This document shows positions 58,511 to 64,000 of a DNA stretch of 64,000 nucleotides, piece by piece. This DNA comes from Chthonomonadales bacterium (GTDB lineage Bacteria > Armatimonadota > Chthonomonadetes > Chthonomonadales > CAJBBX01). The stretch spans positions 23,367-87,366 of the forward strand of contig JBBIPC010000011.1 in NCBI GenBank assembly GCA_037443035.1, written 5' to 3'. The position numbers and the translations under genes were made by a program. Within the stretch, counting starts at the first letter, position 1. Every line of letters begins with the position of its first letter. Below the pieces are notes generated by a model that worked only from the letters and a program-made list of their open reading frames with translations, was not told where the DNA came from and did no database searches.

Positions 58511-59308
58511 ATGAAAATGAACCGAAAAGACGGGAATGCTGCCCGGTGGGCTCTGCTCTCGATGACCATGTTGTTGGCGGCGTCGGTAGCGTGTCTGGCG
58601 GCCCCCCAGAAGGACGATGGTCGGAAGACCCTCGGACACGTCATCAAGAAGACCGCGCTGGTATTCCCCTTCGACGTGCCGTCCACCATGGCAGCGAATG
58701 CCGAGGAGCTCTCCAGCCTCCTGACGGATGTGGCAGCCTCGAGGCTCGTTGCCTCGGGTACGTATGCGGTCACGACGTTCTACAAGGCCTGGCCGCCGGT
58801 GGCACGCCTGCACAACGACCAGCAGCTTGGTGAGGCAGATGTCGTAGCGCCGTTCGCTGAGGACAACCGCAAGGGGCTGAAGATAGGCAAACTGGTCGGA
58901 TACGACGTCGTCTGCGTGGGTTCAGTGGACGACTACCAGTATGACGAGAGCGGCAAGCAGGTGACGCTCACGGTGAGCGCACGCCTTCTGTCGGTGGAAA
59001 CGGGCCAGGTGCTGAAGAATGTCACCCTGTCCGCGAGCAGTTCGAAGGGTGGCGAGAAGGCCAAAGAAGAGGAGCTGAACCTCGAAGCGGGCCGGCAGGC
59101 TATGGACAAGCTCATGAGCCAGCTCGCACCTCTTAGCGCTGTGCCTACGGTTGTCGAGGCGCCGAAGCCCACGGTCGCCAAGAAGAAGCGGAACAATGAC
59201 TGGCTCTGGGGTCTCCTTGCCATCGGTCTCGGACTCGGCATCGGTCTGTCCGGTGGTGGCGGCGGCGGTGGCGGTGGCATTGACACGCCTCCACCACCAC
59301 CTCACTAG
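58511..59308 (+). CDS. CsgG/TolB_N-like periplasmic protein with a C-terminal basic-TM-polyGly-polyPro tail
   Basis: RBS GGAGGTG; signal peptide; ALVFPFD...KIGKLVGYDVVCVGSVDDY...VSARLLSVETGQVL; tail KKKRNNDWLWGLLAIGLGLGIGLSGGGGGGGGIDTPPPPPH. Confidence 0.65.
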   Translation: MKMNRKDGNAARWALLSMTMLLAASVACLAAPQKDDGRKTLGHVIKKTALVFPFDVPSTMAANAEELSSLLTDVAASRLVASGTYAVTTFYKAWPPVARLHNDQQLGEADVVAPFAEDNRKGLKIGKLVGYDVVCVGSVDDYQYDESGKQVTLTVSARLLSVETGQVLKNVTLSASSSKGGEKAKEEELNLEAGRQAMDKLMSQLAPLSAVPTVVEAPKPTVAKKKRNNDWLWGLLAIGLGLGIGLSGGGGGGGGGIDTPPPPPH

Positions 59309-59373
59309 GGTTGCAGTATCGCTTGACGCCGGCAGCCTTTCCGAGGCGCCAGCATCCACGGTTCCACGGCGGG

Positions 59374-61401
59374 ATGTCTCCCTGCACTCTCGGTGTAGGC
59401 AGACATCCCGTCCGTACTAGACGCGGCGTATTCGGTGCGGTCTCGGCACTGGGGCTGCTGTCGTGGGCGACACCATGCCGCGCGCTGGCGGGAGGGCCGC
59501 CAACCATAGTCCTGTCTAGCTCTCGCTTCGCGGTCCTCAGCGACGGGCGCGACACGGCGGAGATCATTGCCGAGGTGCGCGACAGCTCAGGTCGCTATGC
59601 CGCAGATGGCACGGTTGTCACGTTCTCTACGAACCTCGGTGTCTTCTCGGACGGTGGACCGGCCACGAAGCAGGTCACGCGGTCGGGCACGGCACGGGCA
59701 AGGCTGAGCAGTCAGCAGAAAGGGACGGCCACCGTCACGGCTAGCGTGCCGGGAGGAGGGTTCCAGAAGCTGGACTTGTTGTTCACCGATGATCCAGCCG
59801 AAACCGTACAGGGAAACGCCTACGTCTCCGTGGAGGCGACCGGCACTCTGGCCTATGCGGCCGTCGAGCGGACGATCGAGGCGACGTCGCGTCCGGGCGA
59901 CGCCACGCCGATCTCAGCGGGCACGAAGCTCACCTTCCGGAACTTGACCATCCGGGCGGAGCGGCTTCAGGTAGATTGCACCTCCAATATCGTCCGGGCC
60001 ATCGGCCAGGTAACCGTTGCGCGTGGCAAGCAGAACCTTTCCTGCGCGAAGCTCTACTACAACCTTCTTACCGGCAAGGGTTACGCCGTCACGGAGCAGG
60101 GTCGGGCGCTCGTGCCAGTCGTTGTCGAGGGGCACGACCTCCAGACAACGGTATCCGAGACCGGCATCGCGCCGAAGTTCTTCGAGATGACTGACCTGGC
60201 GGATGCGCGGTTGACCATCTTGGCACGCCAGATCATCCTATTCCCTGGAGACAAGCTCCAATTCAAGCGGCCCCGTTTCTACGAGGATGGCGGGCATCTT
60301 TTCACCCTAGGGTTCTACTCGCTCTCGCTCTACTCGTCGCAGCTCTTCAGCGATCAGTTCCTGAGTGTAGGTACGCAGGGCGTCGGGTTGGATCTGCCGC
60401 TCTACTACGACCTCACCCCTGTCTCCAAAGGAGTGTTCCGTGTGAAGTACGGCGAGCGCTACGGAAGCGCCTACGCCCGACGGCCCGGCTTCGCCATGGA
60501 CCTCTTGCAGTCGTACAACGCTGCGCCACGCAGTGGTCGCTACTCGGGGGAATTCGGGTTCACGGGCCTCACTCGCGGAGACTGGGGCTTCCGTTGGACC
60601 CACAGCCAGGAATTCGGGGCAGATACCCTGACGGCTTTTCACCTTGACTTTCCCCAACACCGTAGCGTGTTCGGATCCGCTAACCTCAGCCAGCGACTGG
60701 GGGGCCTGCGGTTAGGGCTGAATGGCTCGGCCAACCGTTCGCTGGAAGGACCAGCCACCAACGGGACGCAGGCGGACATGTATCTGGAGACGCTGCCGGT
60801 ACGGGTCAAGGGCACGCCCCTCATGACGTCCTTGGGGGGGAACGTGGCGACGCGAAGGACCGTCAGCGGCGAATACCGGACCTACAGCCTTACCGAGGGC
60901 ATCCAGGTGCGAGCGTTCACTCCATCCATCAGGCTCGACTCCCTGACGAGTCTCAGCAACGCAGTCTCTGTAGGGCACATCTGGAGCAACACGAGTGCGC
61001 GTGGCGCCACGGTCTATGCATCGGTCAACGCCACACGGAGTCTCGGCGGAAGCCGCATGCTGCAGCTCGGCTATGACTATGTCCAGCAGCCCATCTCCAC
61101 CGGTGAAGGTCGGCATCGTCTTGGGCTGAGTCTCGGTTCGTCGGACGCTCGTTGGGCGCTCTATTTCTACAACACGCTCATGGTGGACACGGGCGCCATG
61201 AGTCTGATCGGCGATCTTCAGTACAGCTTGGCCCCTCGATGGCGTCTGGGTCTGTCAGCATCCGTTCAGCGGTATCAGGATGGTAGCTACAGCGATATCA
61301 TTTTCGCTCTAGCCAGGAATATCGGTGGACGGGACGTAGTGCTGTCCTACTCGACGTTCAACCACCGCATCGTGGTGGATCTGGAAGCCACACGGTTCTA
61401 G
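59374..61401 (+). CDS. Outer-membrane LptD/OstA-like protein with an N-terminal invasin-type Ig (Big_1-like) domain
   Basis: DGRDTAEIIAEVRDSSG...DGTVVTFSTNLG (Big_1-like); IRAERLQVD...VRAIGQVTV...KLYYNLLTGKG (OstA-like jellyroll); amphipathic beta strands; C-terminal Phe (LEATRF). Start uncertain (59311 TTG or 59374 ATG). Confidence 0.65.
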   Translation: MSPCTLGVGRHPVRTRRGVFGAVSALGLLSWATPCRALAGGPPTIVLSSSRFAVLSDGRDTAEIIAEVRDSSGRYAADGTVVTFSTNLGVFSDGGPATKQVTRSGTARARLSSQQKGTATVTASVPGGGFQKLDLLFTDDPAETVQGNAYVSVEATGTLAYAAVERTIEATSRPGDATPISAGTKLTFRNLTIRAERLQVDCTSNIVRAIGQVTVARGKQNLSCAKLYYNLLTGKGYAVTEQGRALVPVVVEGHDLQTTVSETGIAPKFFEMTDLADARLTILARQIILFPGDKLQFKRPRFYEDGGHLFTLGFYSLSLYSSQLFSDQFLSVGTQGVGLDLPLYYDLTPVSKGVFRVKYGERYGSAYARRPGFAMDLLQSYNAAPRSGRYSGEFGFTGLTRGDWGFRWTHSQEFGADTLTAFHLDFPQHRSVFGSANLSQRLGGLRLGLNGSANRSLEGPATNGTQADMYLETLPVRVKGTPLMTSLGGNVATRRTVSGEYRTYSLTEGIQVRAFTPSIRLDSLTSLSNAVSVGHIWSNTSARGATVYASVNATRSLGGSRMLQLGYDYVQQPISTGEGRHRLGLSLGSSDARWALYFYNTLMVDTGAMSLIGDLQYSLAPRWRLGLSASVQRYQDGSYSDIIFALARNIGGRDVVLSYSTFNHRIVVDLEATRF

Positions 61402-61407
61402 GCTTGC

Positions 61408-63039
61408 CTATCTGCCCACAAGGTCCAGGCCAGCTTCCACCAGAACCACCAGCATCGCAGCGATCGCGGCCAGTGCGCCGGCCGTGGTACCGCAACCCGC
61501 ATTCGCGGGCCGATCGGTTCTCCGGCTCAGAACGAGCGGCGGAGGTCTGCGGCGGCTGGCGCGCGCAGTTGGATGAAGATCCGCGCCGCAGGCGTAGCAC
61601 CGGTCCGTCCCAATGAGGTTTGGTTTGCCACACTGCAGACACGGCACGACGTACGTGGGCTGGACTAGCAGCACACCGCAGACCGTGCAGAAGGTAGTCT
61701 GGTCATCGTAACCAGCCCGACACTTGGGGCACCAGCGTGTGAACTGCGTCGAGACTGATCGCTCGGGTGTCGCGGACGCTGTAGCAGCGAGGGTCGCAGG
61801 AGGCTCGCCAGCCGAAGCGGGTTCAGGAATGGTGGTACGCTGTGCCGCGCCTGGCGACTCCTTGTCGTCCGTGGCCGAAATGGAATGCGCCGTCTGGACG
61901 GTAGCGGTTGGCTCCGGTTTCCCCGTATCATCGGTCTCCTGGGAGATCTCGGATGCCTGAAGGACCGTCACCGTCCCCGTGCCGGTGTCATAGATAGCAC
62001 TGACGACCCGCACACGTGCAACGCGCTGCGAGGGCACGTGCGTGGCGATGGCGGTTCGAATGCGCTCAGCGGTCCGGGTCGTGTTCACCCGAACGGCGTT
62101 GTCCCAGTGCGAGCCGGGCATTGGCGCGCTGATCTCCACGGCAGGCAGAATGCTTCGGACCACTGTGTCGAGATAGGCAGGAGCCTCGCGGGCATCCATG
62201 GCGGCTCGAACTGCACCGCACCCCGTGTGTCCGAGGACGACGACGAGAGGAACGGCAAGATGATCCACAGCATACAGAACGCTACCCAGCGCCGTGGACG
62301 TGACGACGTGACCAGCAGTTCTCACAACGAACAGGTCGCCTATGCCCCGATCGAAGATCACTTCCGGTGGCACTCGCGAATCCGAACATCCCACGATGAC
62401 GGCGAACGGAGTTTGGGCGGTGGCGACTGCGGCAACCCTCTCGATCCGGCAGTTCGGACGACGCGCCCGTTCGGCAGTGAAGCGGTCGTTCCCTTCGAGT
62501 AGCCTCTGCAGCGCGTCTTCGGCCCCCAGAACAGGTGGCTCGACCATGTCCTCAGTCATGGCTCCAGCGTCGGTGCCGGCTAATGGGCCGGCATCCAGCG
62601 GGAGTGGTGGTTCGGCTGGCGGAGGTATGGAGACCGCAAGAGCCGGAGGGACATCGGGTATCGGGGGCGGTGGAGCCGGAACCCGTTCTACGGAGACCGA
62701 AGGCACAGGTGCGGGCTGAATGACTGGCAGTTCGATCCAGATTCCCGCGCACTTGGGGCATCGGTATGCCACACCTGGCAGTGCGCCTTCCTCGTCGGGT
62801 ACAAGAGACGTGGTCATGCAGGTCGGACACGTACGGGTGAGACCGGCGAACGCCATGCTGGCAGTCGCGGGTGCAGGCGCCTGCAAGGCCTCGTCTATCA
62901 GCGCACGTTGCTGATCGGGCAGAGGGAGAGTCACAGGGCCAGCGATCCAGAGGCCGCCACAACTGGCGCAACGGAGCACCGAGCTGTCCGGCGCACCGGA
63001 AGTTTCCAGGAAAAGCCGGCAGACAGGACATGACCTCAT
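61408..63039 (-). CDS. Beta-class carbonic anhydrase fused to N-terminal and C-terminal zinc ribbons and a C-terminal TM segment
   Basis: VGCSDSRV, DLFVVRTAG, VLGHTGCGAV; eight CxxC motifs; ATG 63039 after GGAGGA. Confidence 0.82.
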   Translation of the reverse strand: MRSCPVCRLFLETSGAPDSSVLRCASCGGLWIAGPVTLPLPDQQRALIDEALQAPAPATASMAFAGLTRTCPTCMTTSLVPDEEGALPGVAYRCPKCAGIWIELPVIQPAPVPSVSVERVPAPPPPIPDVPPALAVSIPPPAEPPLPLDAGPLAGTDAGAMTEDMVEPPVLGAEDALQRLLEGNDRFTAERARRPNCRIERVAAVATAQTPFAVIVGCSDSRVPPEVIFDRGIGDLFVVRTAGHVVTSTALGSVLYAVDHLAVPLVVVLGHTGCGAVRAAMDAREAPAYLDTVVRSILPAVEISAPMPGSHWDNAVRVNTTRTAERIRTAIATHVPSQRVARVRVVSAIYDTGTGTVTVLQASEISQETDDTGKPEPTATVQTAHSISATDDKESPGAAQRTTIPEPASAGEPPATLAATASATPERSVSTQFTRWCPKCRAGYDDQTTFCTVCGVLLVQPTYVVPCLQCGKPNLIGTDRCYACGADLHPTARASRRRPPPLVLSRRTDRPANAGCGTTAGALAAIAAMLVVLVEAGLDLVGR

Positions 63040-63167
63040 GCTATCGTCCTCCAACCTAGAATACTGCTCGAGTTCTCGGGGTTCCTGCTGCTGTGGTAGC
63101 GGACACGACGTTCCGCTACTTGCTACGCATGCAGGAGTCTGAGACGTCACACGGGAACTGGCACGCA

Positions 63168-64000
63168 ATGGACGAGCGCCCCATGGGACCTTCGGTGGGC
63201 GAGCAAGCACAGGCTCGTAGTCACGATCTCAGCGTGCTCCTGGTACTCCGGCCATCCGCCGGGGGAATGCGTCGCCACGTGGCCCAGCTCTGTCGCGGCT
63301 TGCCGACCTTCGGAGTGAGGTGCGAAGTCGCGGGACCTGCAACTGCGTTGGAGGAGCTGGACGAACGTACCCGGCGCATGACGATCCCCATTGCCGCGGG
63401 AACGCGTCCGGTGGCCGACTTGCTAGCGGCGGCACGCCTAGCAGAGATCGGTCGCGGGTTTCATTTGCTACATGCCCATGGCCTGAGAGCTGCCTGGGTG
63501 TCGGCCTGGGCCAGCATGCTGGCGAGGCGTCCGCTTATCGTGACACTGCACAACGTTCCCGAAGCGGACCGACCACTTGTTCGCCGCGCGCTCTCCTTCT
63601 CGTTGCGCCGCGCCGCCTGCGTCATAACAGTTTCCGAGGCGATCGCGGCGTCGCTTGGGAGCAGGGCGCATCACCAGATTCCGGTGGTTGTCATTCCTAA
63701 CGGCGTAGAGGTACCGGAACCATCAGCGCTGCTCGATCAGGCGGAGGCGCGTTCCACGGTTGGCCTGCGGCTGGACGTGCCCGCGATCCTGGCAGTGGGA
63801 CGCCTGGAGCGGGAGAAGGGCTACGACGTTCTGATAGCCGCGACCCGCGAACTCACCCGGCGCACGGACCTGCAGGTATGCATCGTGGGTGAAGGCTCGG
63901 AGCGGACCGCTCTGGAAAAGCAAGTCCGGAGCTACGGCCTCAGCGGCGTTGTACGATTAGCAGGGCACCAGACGAACTTGATGCCTTGGTACCGGGCGGC
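63168..64000 (+). CDS. GT4-family glycosyltransferase, 3'-truncated by the window edge and absent from the ORF track
   Basis: Manual translation: VLLVLRPSAGGMRRHV, LLHAHG, IVTLHN, VITVSEA, VVIPNGV, ILAVGRLEREKGYDVLI, IVGEGSERTALE. Start could be 63129, 63168 or 63183. Confidence 0.88.
   Translation, partial: MDERPMGPSVGEQAQARSHDLSVLLVLRPSAGGMRRHVAQLCRGLPTFGVRCEVAGPATALEELDERTRRMTIPIAAGTRPVADLLAAARLAEIGRGFHLLHAHGLRAAWVSAWASMLARRPLIVTLHNVPEADRPLVRRALSFSLRRAACVITVSEAIAASLGSRAHHQIPVVVIPNGVEVPEPSALLDQAEARSTVGLRLDVPAILAVGRLEREKGYDVLIAATRELTRRTDLQVCIVGEGSERTALEKQVRSYGLSGVVRLAGHQTNLMPWYRA

Noticed and set aside
37677..61401. Flagellar or curli locus, suggested by FlgD-, FlgT- and CsgG-like domains
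   Set aside because: Only generic folds are shared; no flagellar structural genes, curlin repeats or csgE/F are present.
63229..63923. Short ORFs listed at the window end
   Set aside because: Alternative frames of the open-ended GT4 glycosyltransferase on the plus strand.

Overview
High-GC bacterial chromosome segment. The gene content and protein style suggest Armatimonadota, but this is inference and was not verified. The left half (1-37.5 kb) mixes housekeeping genes (uvrB-ruvX-mltG-yqeG; rpsU; polA-rpsA-coaE; tRNA-Gln(CTG); tRNA-Leu(CAA)) with dispersed secreted carbohydrate-active enzymes and hydrolases (GH99-like/WbsX, GH9, GH110-like beta-helix, CocE, FG-GAP+DUF4091, GH106, heparinase II/III-like, tricorn protease), a stand-alone PilB/GspE ATPase, an HNH gene, a NYN-LOTUS protein and three non-coding repeat loci built from REP-like palindromes. 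The right half (37.5-61.4 kb) is one co-oriented ~24 kb cluster behind a near-consensus sigma70 promoter. It encodes four large signal-peptide proteins (about 1870, 998, 891 and 2376 aa) with unrelated N-termini that share a ~430-450 aa C-terminal module (GWN/GYW domain, R/K-A-A linker, beta-sandwich, FlgD-Ig-like domain ending in a terminal Arg). Between and after them lie two CsgG/FlgT-like proteins carrying a hydrophobic segment, Gly runs and a poly-Pro tail, and an Ig-LptD-like outer-membrane barrel. This cluster is the best candidate for an undescribed C-terminal-signal-dependent secretion or surface-layer system. The window ends with a zinc-ribbon/beta-carbonic anhydrase fusion and a truncated GT4 glycosyltransferase. 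All family calls come from motif recognition by eye; no database searches were run.
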